Part shown: positions 1 to 10,109 of the stretch, piece by piece | Layout of the letters: each line of letters starts with the position of its first letter | Numbering within the stretch: position 1 is the stretch's first letter | Source: Promethearchaeota archaeon | GTDB taxonomy: Archaea; Asgardarchaeota; Lokiarchaeia; Sigyniarchaeales; SOKP01 | Reading direction: 5' to 3' | DNA: 64,000 bases | Assembly (NCBI GenBank): GCA_030603385.1 | Contig: JAUVXW010000005.1 | Coordinates: 92,568 to 156,567, forward strand | The notes under the pieces: model-generated | Database searches by the model: none | Seen by the model: the letters and a program-made list of their open reading frames with translations, nothing else | Told to the model about the DNA's origin: nothing | Made by a program: the position numbers and the translations under genes

Positions 1-1
1 A

Positions 2-463
2 TATGCCATTGATATTTCTCTCAACGCATGTGAAATTATGAAAAAGATAGGTATTAAAAATGTTAGATGCTTGATAGTTTATGATTTAGATGAAAGAAAT
101 TTTAACACGATATTATTAATGGGAAGGGCTATTGGATTTGTTGAGGATTTATTAGGATTAAAGAAATTTTTGAACTTCTGTAAGAGTTTACTAACCCCAG
201 ATGGATATATCTTATTGGATTCATTAGATGTACGATCAACCACAGTTCCAGAACATTTAGTATATCAAGAGAGAAATCAAAAATTAGGACGTTATATCGG
301 AGTAATAGGGCTTCAAATGGAATATAAAGGTAAGTTAGGGGAAAAATTCAAACTCTTACATGTTGATCCTCAAACATTAAAAGAGTTTGCTAAAGAAACG
401 GGTTGGTCATGTGAAATTTTGAATAATGAAAATGGAAATTATTTAGCTAAAATCTTCAAATAA
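2..463 (+). CDS. class I SAM-dependent methyltransferase, 5'-truncated by window edge
   Basis: Frame is open from position 2 (YAIDISLNACEIMKK); post-motif segments FNTILLMG and LLTPDGYILLDS are typical of class I MTases. Confidence 0.7.
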   Translation, partial: YAIDISLNACEIMKKIGIKNVRCLIVYDLDERNFNTILLMGRAIGFVEDLLGLKKFLNFCKSLLTPDGYILLDSLDVRSTTVPEHLVYQERNQKLGRYIGVIGLQMEYKGKLGEKFKLLHVDPQTLKEFAKETGWSCEILNNENGNYLAKIFK

Positions 464-468
464 CTTCT

Positions 469-990
469 TTATTTCTTTAATTCTTCAATGATTTGTTTTT
501 CTAGACCTCCAGCTTTAAGAAGATTTAAAAGAATTGGGTGAACTTTTGTTCCTTTGAATTTTTTACCAGTAGTTAAGTTTGAGGCTTCCGCATTAGGAAT
601 ATTAATTTCAATTTCGTCTCCCGTCTTGAATTCCTTAGAAATATCATTAATTTCCAATAGAGGGAGAGCGAGAGCAAATGAGGATCGATAAAAAATCCTG
701 GCAAACGATTCCGCTATTATAGCAACAATTCCTTTTTGTTGAAGAATTGAGGGTGCTGTTTCTCGACTTGAGCCACAACCAAAATTTCTACCTGCTACAA
801 TGATATCACCATCTTGCACTTTATATGCAAAATCCTTGTTGATCGTTTCACAAGTATGTTTTGCCATTTCTTTTGGATCATTTATATATTGACTAGGTGA
901 AATGGCATCAGTATCAACATTATCAGGAAAAACCCAAACTTTTCCTTTTAAAACATCGCTATATTTTTTATCTTTTCGTGAAATTTTCAA
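469..990 (-). CDS. leuD: 3-isopropylmalate dehydratase/homoaconitase small subunit (LeuD/HacB family)
   Basis: DNVDTDAISP, AGRNFGCGSSRE, AESFARIFYR motifs; substrate specificity (Leu vs homoaconitate) not resolved. Confidence 0.85.
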   Translation of the reverse strand: MKISRKDKKYSDVLKGKVWVFPDNVDTDAISPSQYINDPKEMAKHTCETINKDFAYKVQDGDIIVAGRNFGCGSSRETAPSILQQKGIVAIIAESFARIFYRSSFALALPLLEINDISKEFKTGDEIEINIPNAEASNLTTGKKFKGTKVHPILLNLLKAGGLEKQIIEELKK

Positions 991-997
991 TCACCTT

Positions 998-2266
998 TTA
1001 AAAATCTCTTGGATCTGTTATCTCTCCTTTTAATGCAGAAGCAGCTACGGTTGCTGGCGATCCTAAATAAACTTTTGAATTAATACTTCCCATTCGACCC
1101 TGAAAATTTCTATTTGAGCTAGATATACATGTTTCACCCGGAGCAAGAATTCCTCCTTGACCTCCAAAACAAGCACCACAACTAGGATTTGTAATAATTG
1201 CTCCTGCATTTATTAAAATTTTAAAAATGCCCGATTTTGATGCTTCTAACCAAATCCTTTTTGAAGCGGGTGTTACAATCAATCGAACATCTCTATGAAT
1301 TTCTTCTCCCTCTAATATCTTTGCAGCTATTTCCAAGTCTTCATACCTTCCATTTGTACAAGATCCTAGAAATGCTTGGTTAATTTTTGTACCTTCTACA
1401 TCAGAAACAGTTTTTACATTATCTATTGTATGTGGGCAAGAAACTTGAGGCTCTAAATCGTTAACTTCCATTTCATAAATCTTTTCATATATCGCATCAT
1501 AACCAGGTTTTACTAACTTGAAGGGTTCTTTAGTTCTCTCTTTAATCCAATGAACCACTTTCTGATCAGGAACTCCAAATGCAAATTTTGCTCCTAATTC
1601 TAAGGCAAAATTAGACATTGTCATTCTTGAGGCAATACTTAATTTTTCCATAGTTTTTCCAGTAAATTCTATTGACTTATAACTAGCAACTTCAGCCGTA
1701 TAATCTCCAGCAATTTTGATGATAATATCTTTACTCATCACATTATGAGGAAGATTGCCAGAGATATTGAATTTTATAGTATGGGGTATCTTAAACCATA
1801 ATTCTCCCTTCAAGTATGCATAAAAAAGATCAGTATTCCCAACACCACAACTTGCTGCATTGAAAGCCCCATATGTTGTTGTATGGCTATCTCCTCCTAC
1901 TATTAGCATACCTGGTCTGACATGACCTTTTTCAGGTAGAACTTGATGACAAATACCTTCTCTAATATCATAAAAATTAGCTATTCCTTGCTTCTTTACA
2001 AATTTTCGAATCAAATCATGAATAGCAGCCCATCTTTCGGTTGGAGCGGGATTATAGTGGTCAAATAATATTACAATTTTATTTGGATCAAATACCTTTC
2101 TTTTCTTCAAGGGTTTAATTTTGTTAAAATCTAAAGAAACCTTTGCTGTACCAAAATGGCTCATAATCAGATCGATTTTTGCATTTATAATGTCCCCCGG
2201 TTTGATGTTATTTTCTGAAAGATTATGTGCTAATAAAATTTTTTCTGCAATTGTTTTTCCAATCAT
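998..2266 (-). CDS. leuC: 3-isopropylmalate dehydratase/homoaconitase large subunit (LeuC/HacA family)
   Basis: GICHQV, GDSHTTTYGA, FLGSCTNGR, CGACFG, SNRNFQGRMG aconitase-family motifs. Confidence 0.88.
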   Translation of the reverse strand: MIGKTIAEKILLAHNLSENNIKPGDIINAKIDLIMSHFGTAKVSLDFNKIKPLKKRKVFDPNKIVILFDHYNPAPTERWAAIHDLIRKFVKKQGIANFYDIREGICHQVLPEKGHVRPGMLIVGGDSHTTTYGAFNAASCGVGNTDLFYAYLKGELWFKIPHTIKFNISGNLPHNVMSKDIIIKIAGDYTAEVASYKSIEFTGKTMEKLSIASRMTMSNFALELGAKFAFGVPDQKVVHWIKERTKEPFKLVKPGYDAIYEKIYEMEVNDLEPQVSCPHTIDNVKTVSDVEGTKINQAFLGSCTNGRYEDLEIAAKILEGEEIHRDVRLIVTPASKRIWLEASKSGIFKILINAGAIITNPSCGACFGGQGGILAPGETCISSSNRNFQGRMGSINSKVYLGSPATVAASALKGEITDPRDF

Positions 2267-2353
2267 TTAATAACATCTAATAAGAATTGTATAAAATTAA
2301 TTATTCCACAAAATAAATAAAATGCAATTTTTCATATATTTCTCCAAAATGAT

Positions 2354-3781
2354 TTATTTTACATACGTTGAAGCGATTTTATCTAACTCGTTCTGAAGTG
2401 ATACTTCAATAGGTTTTACAGGAGGCTTATCAAGTAATTTAGTAGCTTCCTCTTTTGCCCTTTTTCTCGCTGATTTGGATCCCTGTTTTCTCCATGAATC
2501 CCGAGTCATTCTGTCTATTATTGGGCTTGGAAGAAACAGTTCTTTTCTAAAATATTTCAAAGTAGATGGGTGAGAAAGTAATTCTTCTTTATCTTCATAA
2601 TCTTTTAAAATTTCTGAAGCAAATGGTGTCCCATAATCCTCAATTCCCTTAATAAACCTTTGTACCATACCCACTATTTCATTATCAATTATTAATTTTT
2701 CTATACTTTGAGTAGATTCGAAGTCAAGCATTCCTGGACCTGAAATCATATTAATCCCTGCGAGACCCCCAAGCAAAGCACCCATTCCTGCTTCAAAGCC
2801 AGCCTGACAATCAGGAATTTTAGAGTCACTGAGCGACATATAAGCGTGTGTTGGTAATTTTAAGAATTTGCCCATTTCAACATCTCCAAGATTAATCATC
2901 ATTGTTTCAATAGCACCCATTGGAGTTGTCCCATATTTCATATCAAATACAGCAGGAGAACCACCCCAAATTAATGGAGCTCCTTCCTTTGCTAATTGAA
3001 CAATTACTACTCCTGCAAGGCATTCAGCACAATGTTGAGTAATAGAGCCAATCAGAGTAATTGGAGCACTCGCTCCCGCTAATGGCATTGACACAAATTC
3101 AGAAGGTATCATGCTTTTTGCAGCATCAATTAGTGATTGTGTAGTTAGATCAGACCATTTTAACGGTGGACTGGGACAAGCATCAAATATAGCTAATGGT
3201 TTTCGAGCTAAATCATCTTCCGAGGTTCTACATGCTAATAAGATCTCTTTCATAATAGAAAAACTTTCTTTTCTAAATGTCCCGGTCACTATTGGTTTAT
3301 AACAATTGGATAATGCTAAATATAAACGATGCCAATCTTGAGCATTATTCGGAACATCTTGATAGATCAATGCTGTGCTTTGAGCATCAATATATTTTAA
3401 TTGTTCAACAACCTTAGAAAATCGAATAAAATCTTTAGATTGTCCATCTCTTATTTTTCCGGTATTTTCGTCAAGTATGAAAATAGCAGCTGAACCAGGA
3501 TCAAAATGAACTTGATCATCTCTTAAGGTAATATGCTCCTCTCCATCTCTATCGAATAGGGTAATTTGATGAGGAACCGAATCTAAGCATTTGTCTATCA
3601 AATCTGGGGGAAGTAAATAACGCGCACCCCCATGATTTAAACCTTTTTGTTCAAACATTTCGATTGCTTGCTGATTTTCAATGAAAACTCCTTGAGTTCC
3701 TAAAATTGATTTGGCTTCATCTAATATTAATTTCTTGTGTTCATCATCTAATACGTTAATTTTTGGTCTTAATATTGGCAT
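2354..3781 (-). CDS. trimethylamine methyltransferase (MttB) superfamily protein, non-pyrrolysine type
   Basis: MPLAGASAPITLIGS, GAPLIWGGSPAVFDMKYG, SDSKIPDCQAGFE motifs; no in-frame amber codon. Confidence 0.85.
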   Translation of the reverse strand: MPILRPKINVLDDEHKKLILDEAKSILGTQGVFIENQQAIEMFEQKGLNHGGARYLLPPDLIDKCLDSVPHQITLFDRDGEEHITLRDDQVHFDPGSAAIFILDENTGKIRDGQSKDFIRFSKVVEQLKYIDAQSTALIYQDVPNNAQDWHRLYLALSNCYKPIVTGTFRKESFSIMKEILLACRTSEDDLARKPLAIFDACPSPPLKWSDLTTQSLIDAAKSMIPSEFVSMPLAGASAPITLIGSITQHCAECLAGVVIVQLAKEGAPLIWGGSPAVFDMKYGTTPMGAIETMMINLGDVEMGKFLKLPTHAYMSLSDSKIPDCQAGFEAGMGALLGGLAGINMISGPGMLDFESTQSIEKLIIDNEIVGMVQRFIKGIEDYGTPFASEILKDYEDKEELLSHPSTLKYFRKELFLPSPIIDRMTRDSWRKQGSKSARKRAKEEATKLLDKPPVKPIEVSLQNELDKIASTYVK

Positions 3782-3805
3782 ATAATTACCTTTTTATTTG
3801 TATTT

Positions 3806-4696
3806 TTAAATTAGATCAATAATTTTTCGAATTTCGCTAATAGTCTCAGGTGTCGTACCACAACAACCACCTACTATTTTTATACCTAAATTTATCATTT
3901 CTTGAATATCTCGAACAAATTCTTCAATGGGTTGATCATAATATGTCTTAGTACCTTCTATCCTCGGTTGTCCAGCATTAGGTTTTACGGAGATTGGTAT
4001 ATCCGTCATATTGACAGCTTGTTTTACTAAATCTAGCATTTCACTCGAACCAAGTGTACAGTTCGCTCCAATTACGTCTACATTTTCATTTTCTAACGTA
4101 TTAATACATTTTTCTAAAGAGTCTCCCATTATTGTGAAGAATCCTCTCTTTGTTTTTTTATATGTTATTGAGGCAATGATAGGTTTATTTGAGACCTCCT
4201 TTACTGCCCGAACAGCACTTAGCATTTCTTCTAAATCTGAAACGGTTTCAATGTGAAACAGATCAACTCCTTTTTCTAATAATTTTGTCTGAGTAGCAAA
4301 ACTAGAATACCATTCTTCACTTGAAGCATTTCCTACTGGTGGACGAAATTCACCAGTTGGACCAATATCACCAACGACTAAACGTCCTGGAGGACATGCT
4401 TTTTGAATGTTACCTAACGCTTTTTCTACAATTTCATTAATTCTTTCCTCAAGGTTGTGAATTCTTAAATTTAAGGGTGTTGAGCCAAAAGTATTTGATT
4501 GGCACATATCTGAACCTGCATCATAATAAGATTTGTGAATTTCTACAATCGTATCTGGTTTTTCTATATTTAACATATCTGGAACCTTCCCTGGTTCTAA
4601 TCCCCTTTTAATAAGTTCACTTCCAAAACCCCCATCAAAGAGCACAATCTTCGAATCATCTTTTAACCAATCGTGAAATAACATATGTCTCTTCAC
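3806..4696 (-). CDS. homocysteine S-methyltransferase domain protein (MetH N-terminal-like)
   Basis: LFDGGFGSEL, GANC, KPNAG, GGCCGTTP Zn-binding motifs. Confidence 0.9.
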   Translation of the reverse strand: MKRHMLFHDWLKDDSKIVLFDGGFGSELIKRGLEPGKVPDMLNIEKPDTIVEIHKSYYDAGSDMCQSNTFGSTPLNLRIHNLEERINEIVEKALGNIQKACPPGRLVVGDIGPTGEFRPPVGNASSEEWYSSFATQTKLLEKGVDLFHIETVSDLEEMLSAVRAVKEVSNKPIIASITYKKTKRGFFTIMGDSLEKCINTLENENVDVIGANCTLGSSEMLDLVKQAVNMTDIPISVKPNAGQPRIEGTKTYYDQPIEEFVRDIQEMINLGIKIVGGCCGTTPETISEIRKIIDLI

Positions 4697-4713
4697 TTCT
4701 CTATATTATATTT

Positions 4714-5370
4714 TTATTTATTAAGTAAAGATTTAACTAATTTTACAGCATCTATAGCATTTTCTGCGAATCCATCAGCGTTACATTCCTTAACCCATGA
4801 ACTTGTTACTGGAGCACCTCCTAAAATAACCTTGAACCTATTAAGTAAATTTCGTTCCTTTAAAATTTCAATGATCTTTTTCTGGCCAAACATAGTAGTT
4901 GTTAAAAGTGCAGAAACTCCAATAACATCTACTTCTTTTTCGATTGCGAAATCAACGATTTTTTCAGCAGGAATATCAGCACCTAAATCAAAGACTGTAA
5001 AACCATAAGCTCTTAGCATTGTACCAACAATAGTTTTTCCGATAGAATGAATATCTCCCTCTATTGTAGCAATTACGACCTTTCCACGTGAAATTCCCTC
5101 AGAACCTTCCTGTAGATGAGGAATAAGCAAATCTAAACAATTTTGCATAATTTGTGCCCCTCTCATTAATTCCGGGAGGAAATACTCACCTTCTTCCCAT
5201 AATTCTCCGACTTTTCGAATACCTGCCGCATAACCTTTTTCAACGACATCCATTAAATTCATCTTATCATTTATTGCTTTGTTTGCTAATTCTATTGCTG
5301 TTTCTTCATCTAAGTTAACAATAGAATCTACCATATCTTTATAACTCTTTTCATGAGACAATAGCATCAC
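4714..5370 (-). CDS. methyltransferase cognate corrinoid protein (MttC/MtbC-like)
   Basis: B12 cap (GEYFLPEL) plus DIHSIGKTIV, SALLTTT, GGAPV B12-binding motifs. Confidence 0.9.
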   Translation of the reverse strand: MMLLSHEKSYKDMVDSIVNLDEETAIELANKAINDKMNLMDVVEKGYAAGIRKVGELWEEGEYFLPELMRGAQIMQNCLDLLIPHLQEGSEGISRGKVVIATIEGDIHSIGKTIVGTMLRAYGFTVFDLGADIPAEKIVDFAIEKEVDVIGVSALLTTTMFGQKKIIEILKERNLLNRFKVILGGAPVTSSWVKECNADGFAENAIDAVKLVKSLLNK

Positions 5371-5512
5371 TCTAAAAATGTAGTTAAATCATAAAAATTA
5401 TTATTTAATTTCATCAAGGAAATAAGAAAAACCTTATTGTTAAATAGAAAAAAATATTTGTTAACCTTCCTTTTAGATTTTAATAATAGATATTAAGAAT
5501 ACAAGTGATTTA

Positions 5513-6865
5513 ATGTCAAAGAAATTTTCAAAAGAACCACTTAGAGGAATGAAAGATTATTATCCTTCAGATTTGAGGGAATATAACTGGATTATTGATA
5601 CATTAAGAGATGTGGCAGAGAGATACGGCTATGAAGAATATGAAACACCACAAATAGAACCCATTGAAATTTTTGCTGCAAAATCTTCTCAAGAATTAGT
5701 TAATGAACAATCCTTTATTGTAGAAAAGAAAAAAGGCGAGAGACTTATTTTAATCCCAGAACTTACTCCTTCTTTAGCTCGAATGGTGGCAAAAAAAAGT
5801 CAAGAACTTAAAAAGCCTATTAGATGGTTTTGTATTCCAACATGTTTCAGATATGAAAGACCTCAAAGAGGGCGCCTTAGAGGATTTAAACAACCTAATT
5901 TCGACATTTTAGGTGAAGAGAGTCTTTATGCTGATCTTGAAATATTTAATATAATTATAGACATCTTCTCTGAATTTGGAGCATCCCCAGCGCAATTTCA
6001 GATTTACTATAACAGTCGACGTTTCATCGATTCAGTTCTTACCATTATACTTAAAATAAGTGAAGAGAAATTACCTTTAGCTTACAAAGTACTTGATAAA
6101 TCTGATAAAATGGAAGAAGATGAATTTGATAAGTTCTTATTTGACACGTTTCAGAATGATGTAAATAGACAAGGTATATTGAAACTGAAAGATGCGAAGA
6201 GTATAGATGAGGTGTTGAAGCGATTTGATTCAATTCCTGATGAATTTTTTGATTCTGAGGGATATCTTGAGTTTATTAAATTTGAAAAGCTACTAATGGA
6301 GGCGGGCATATCTGATTACTGTACTTTTTCTTCAAGTACAGTAAGAGGTCTTGATTATTATACAGGAATTATTTACGAAGTGTTTGATACTGGAAAAGAG
6401 AATATAAGAAGTATATTTGGAGGGGGAAGATATGATGACCTTCTATCATTATTCTCAGATGAGAAAATTACAGGTACTGGATTTGGTATGGGGGTCTATA
6501 TGCTTTCTTTATTTCTAAGATCATATAATTTAATCCCTGAGGATATCGCAGAGAAAGACTATTCAGATACAATTTATATAGCATCTGTAAATGAAGATGT
6601 ATCCATATATGCAATTGAACTTGCCCGTATCATACGAGAAGACGATTTTCCATGTATTATAGATTATAGATTTAAAAATCTAAAAAATCAATTAAAAAAG
6701 GCAAATGAATTAGGAGTCTTGGTCACCTTAATTGTTGGACCAGATGAAATGGAAAAGAATCGAGTAACTATAAAAAATATGGTCTCAGAAGAACAGAAAT
6801 CAGTTTATTTCGAAGATGTTATTGATGAGATCTACTCTATTCTTGATGAACTGGAGGAGTCTTAA
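5513..6865 (+). CDS. hisS: histidyl-tRNA synthetase
   Basis: RGMKDYYP, PELTPSLAR, FRYERPQRGR, VRGLDYYTG, GGGRYD; C-terminal anticodon-binding domain. Confidence 0.95.
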   Translation: MSKKFSKEPLRGMKDYYPSDLREYNWIIDTLRDVAERYGYEEYETPQIEPIEIFAAKSSQELVNEQSFIVEKKKGERLILIPELTPSLARMVAKKSQELKKPIRWFCIPTCFRYERPQRGRLRGFKQPNFDILGEESLYADLEIFNIIIDIFSEFGASPAQFQIYYNSRRFIDSVLTIILKISEEKLPLAYKVLDKSDKMEEDEFDKFLFDTFQNDVNRQGILKLKDAKSIDEVLKRFDSIPDEFFDSEGYLEFIKFEKLLMEAGISDYCTFSSSTVRGLDYYTGIIYEVFDTGKENIRSIFGGGRYDDLLSLFSDEKITGTGFGMGVYMLSLFLRSYNLIPEDIAEKDYSDTIYIASVNEDVSIYAIELARIIREDDFPCIIDYRFKNLKNQLKKANELGVLVTLIVGPDEMEKNRVTIKNMVSEEQKSVYFEDVIDEIYSILDELEES

Positions 6866-7282
6866 TTCAATCGATAACATTTTAATTTTGATTTTAAGAT
6901 AATATAATAAGGATAAGCTACTTATGTAACTTTCAATAATAAAGAGACTTAAAGCCTTAATTTTTTAAAATCTATTGCTAATTTTAAATCTTCACTTTCA
7001 GAAATAAATGAGAAAAGTGGGTTCAGTTAGGTAAAGAAAATGAATTAGGAAGGTTAGAAAAGTATAGAATTGGTATAGAATTAAAATCTATTTAATTTAA
7101 ACATGCAAGTTATTTTCTGATTATTTATCTTGATTTCTATTATCTGATTACTAATTAAAACTATAGATTGATTTCATTTATTTTTAAAGATAAACTCTCA
7201 TACTATATATATTTTCCATTTAAATTTGATCATAATTGTGCTATTCTCAAAAACGTTTTAGATTTCTTTCTATAATTAGTTC

Positions 7283-7648
7283 TCAAATTAGGTATTTTTT
7301 CTCTATATTTTTATATATTTCATAATGGGTGAATTTTCCTTTCTTAACACCAAAAATTAATCCTGCTTGTTCTAATATTTTTATATGATGAGAAATTGCG
7401 GGTTGAGATAAATTTAAAATTGCTGTCAACTCGCATACACACATTTCTTTTTTTCCTATTAAGTTATAAATTAAAAATCTAACTTTATTTCCCAGTGCTT
7501 TAAAATAATTAACTTTTTCATTAAAATTTCTTTTAGATAATATTTCATCTTTATTTCTTTCTAAATCTTCAATATATTCATAAATATCCCTATCTACTCC
7601 AAAGCATTTAATTAAACTTTCTATTTCTTTTTTGTTCTTTAGATCCAT
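7283..7648 (-). CDS. ArsR/SmtB family transcriptional regulator
   Basis: FKALGNKVR, EMCVCEL, SQPAISHHIKIL. Confidence 0.9.
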   Translation of the reverse strand: MDLKNKKEIESLIKCFGVDRDIYEYIEDLERNKDEILSKRNFNEKVNYFKALGNKVRFLIYNLIGKKEMCVCELTAILNLSQPAISHHIKILEQAGLIFGVKKGKFTHYEIYKNIEKKYLI

Positions 7649-7813
7649 ATTTAAATATCAAAATTGTTTTTTAAATGGTTAAAAGATATAGATTACATAA
7701 AAATTTTCTATTTCTATGTGCAATCTATTATTTTATTTTACCAAATCTCTTCATAAATCTATGATAATAATTTTTTTTATTTTTTTAATATTGTATTTTT
7801 CAGATATTATTTG

Positions 7814-8257
7814 TCATACAAAATTAAATAATTCAAAGAATTTTTCAAAATTCTGTACATATTTCTGAAATTGTTCTTTAATTAATTCATAATGAGTAAA
7901 ATAACCTCTTTTTATACCTCTTATTATTTTCATGCGTTCAAGTATTTTTAAATGATGAGAAATTGAGGATTGTGCTTTATCTAGAATTGCTTCCAATTCA
8001 CATACACAATAATCTTTATCATTTAACAACTGCACAATTTTAAAGCGGGTTTCATTTCCTAAAACATTGGAGAATCTCGTAAGATCTATTATACTTTTAT
8101 TTTTATTTAATTTAATACCAATTTCTCTTAAGGTTTTAAAATAAGGTTCTATATCTTGATCTTGAAGATCAAAACATAGTTTCAGACTATTAATTATTTC
8201 AGCTTTTCTTTCGCTTTTAATTTGTATCACTTTCAAAATTTTACATATCGTATTCAA
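7814..8257 (-). CDS. ArsR/SmtB family transcriptional regulator (paralog of 7283-7648)
   Basis: LGNETRFKI, YCVCELE, QSSISHHLKIL; start codon uncertain. Confidence 0.88.
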   Translation of the reverse strand: MNTICKILKVIQIKSERKAEIINSLKLCFDLQDQDIEPYFKTLREIGIKLNKNKSIIDLTRFSNVLGNETRFKIVQLLNDKDYCVCELEAILDKAQSSISHHLKILERMKIIRGIKRGYFTHYELIKEQFQKYVQNFEKFFELFNFV

Positions 8258-8383
8258 TATTTATAATGAACAAATCTATAAAAATATATTTAAATTGAAT
8301 TTAGTCAAAATAAATCGAATTATTTAAATTTAGATAATCATTTTCAAGTTATAATACATAATTAAAACAAAAAAAAATAAAAA

Positions 8384-9445
8384 ATGAGTCAAAAAGAGAA
8401 AAAATTAGGTGTCTTCGAGAAGTTTCTTCCCATATGGATTGCCTTATGTATAGTGTTTGGAATTTTTCTTTCTCAGGTTGTCCCAGGTATAAGTGAGGTT
8501 ATTGATGCTTTACAAATTGGTGGGATCTCAATACCTATTGGTATATGTTTATTTCTAATGATGTATCCTGCAATGTTGAATCTTCAAGCATCAGAATTGA
8601 AAAAATTGGGGAAAACCCCCAAACCGATTATACTAACTCTTTTTTCAAATTGGATTATTGCACCATTTGTTGGATTAGCGATGGCGCGAATATTTTTACA
8701 AGGAAATGAGCAATTAATAGTAGCAATTATACTTCTTTCAAGTTCACCTTGTACAGCTATGGTTTTAGTTTGGGGATGGCTCGCAAAGGGAAATCAAGAA
8801 CAAAATGTGATTAATACTAGTCTAAATACGGTTACCATTATTTTCTTATACGTTCCAATGGTAACATTATTGACTGGGATTCAAAATATTCCCATTAATT
8901 GGGTTCTTCTACTAATATCTCTATTTTATTTCATTGGTCTTCCCTTAATATTAGGAATAATTACGAAAAAAATAATTATTGCAAGAAAAGGAGAAAGTTG
9001 GTTTTATGACACTTATGTCCCTCTAGTTGGAAAAATTTCTATAGTTGCTTTATTAACAACGTTAGTGGTATTATTTTCTCTAAATGGAAAAGCGTTAATA
9101 AATAATCCTAATCTATTATTACTTGTTTCCGTCCCACTCTTAGTGGGCTTTGTAATCGTATTGGGCTATAATATTCTAATAACTAAGATTTTTAAATTGA
9201 AATATCGGCAAGCAATAATTACAGTTATTATTGGGTCGTCCAGCCATTTCGAGATTGCAATTGCAACTGCTATAGCCTTATATGGGATTGGTTCAATAGC
9301 AGCTTTAGGAACTACAATGGGATTATTTTGGGAAGTTCCAGTAATGTTATCAATGGTGTATTTAGGAAGATACTTGGGTAAAATTGGTTTCTGGAAAGAT
9401 TATAAAGAAGCAAATGAAGTCTATGGAAAACGTAATAAAGAATAA
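8384..9445 (+). CDS. acr3: Acr3 family arsenite efflux transporter
   Basis: MMYPAM, SPCTAMVLVW (catalytic Cys), SHFEIAIATA, WEVPVML; about 10 TM segments. Confidence 0.92.
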   Translation: MSQKEKKLGVFEKFLPIWIALCIVFGIFLSQVVPGISEVIDALQIGGISIPIGICLFLMMYPAMLNLQASELKKLGKTPKPIILTLFSNWIIAPFVGLAMARIFLQGNEQLIVAIILLSSSPCTAMVLVWGWLAKGNQEQNVINTSLNTVTIIFLYVPMVTLLTGIQNIPINWVLLLISLFYFIGLPLILGIITKKIIIARKGESWFYDTYVPLVGKISIVALLTTLVVLFSLNGKALINNPNLLLLVSVPLLVGFVIVLGYNILITKIFKLKYRQAIITVIIGSSSHFEIAIATAIALYGIGSIAALGTTMGLFWEVPVMLSMVYLGRYLGKIGFWKDYKEANEVYGKRNKE

Positions 9446-9511
9446 TTCAATAGGAATTTAATATAAATTAAAATTTTTTTATTTATTAAAATCAACAGGG
9501 GGTGAGTAGAG

Positions 9512-9976
9512 TTAAAAAACTTAAAATTTAAAATATCTATTCCGATAAAAGGTCTACAAAGTGGAAAGTTATATGATATCAAGGCAAAGGATGATGCAAA
9601 TTTTATTGAAGCTTTGGCATTAGTAGATAAAAAAGAGATGGAAAGTTTGAATAAACAAATATTTCCTCTCTATGAGGGATATATCCATAATTATCTTCAA
9701 CTATTTGTAAATATAGAAGATGAGGTTATTTATGATGATGTCGGCTTATCTCCATATGCTCCTGACGAGGAAGGTCTTTATCGAAAATTCAACCCAATAA
9801 GGGAAAATATCCATTTCAATTTATATCCTGACACGATTATTGATTTACAACAAGATGTTGGATGTTGATGAGAAAAAGTGAAAAGTAGATTAGACTTTGG
9901 TAAATTTAAAACAATAATTCGCACAAAATATGGTAAAAATAATGAATATTTTGCACATTATTTCAAAAGTAAATAA
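9512..9976 (+). CDS. candidate selenoprotein with G-C-U-U motif (ORF track gives only 9614-9868); start codon uncertain
   Basis: Frame is open from 9506 after an SD-like GGGGGTGA (9498-9505). TGA TGA at 9866-9871 follows a Cys codon, the frame stays open 34 more codons to TAA 9974-9976, and a SECIS-like element follows immediately. Confidence 0.6.
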
Positions 9977-9983
9977 ATAAAAA

Positions 9984-10066
9984 AGGAATAATTAAAAAAA
10001 TTGAATGAAATCTTTTAAAAAATGCTAGTGAAAGATGAACAATAGGATTGCGTCCTATATATTCCT
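9984..10066 (+). ncRNA. SECIS-like element (second copy)
   Basis: TTGA-ATGA-A-[ATCTTTTA]-AAAAATGCTAG-[TGAAAGAT]-GA core at 10001-10038; side hairpin ATAGGAT/GTCCTAT 10042-10058; closing helix AGGAATA 9984-9990/TATTCCT 10060-10066; closely matches the element after mvhD. Confidence 0.7.
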
Positions 10067-10109
10067 AATTATTTTACAATTTTTAAAATCCATAAATTAT
10101 TATAATTAG

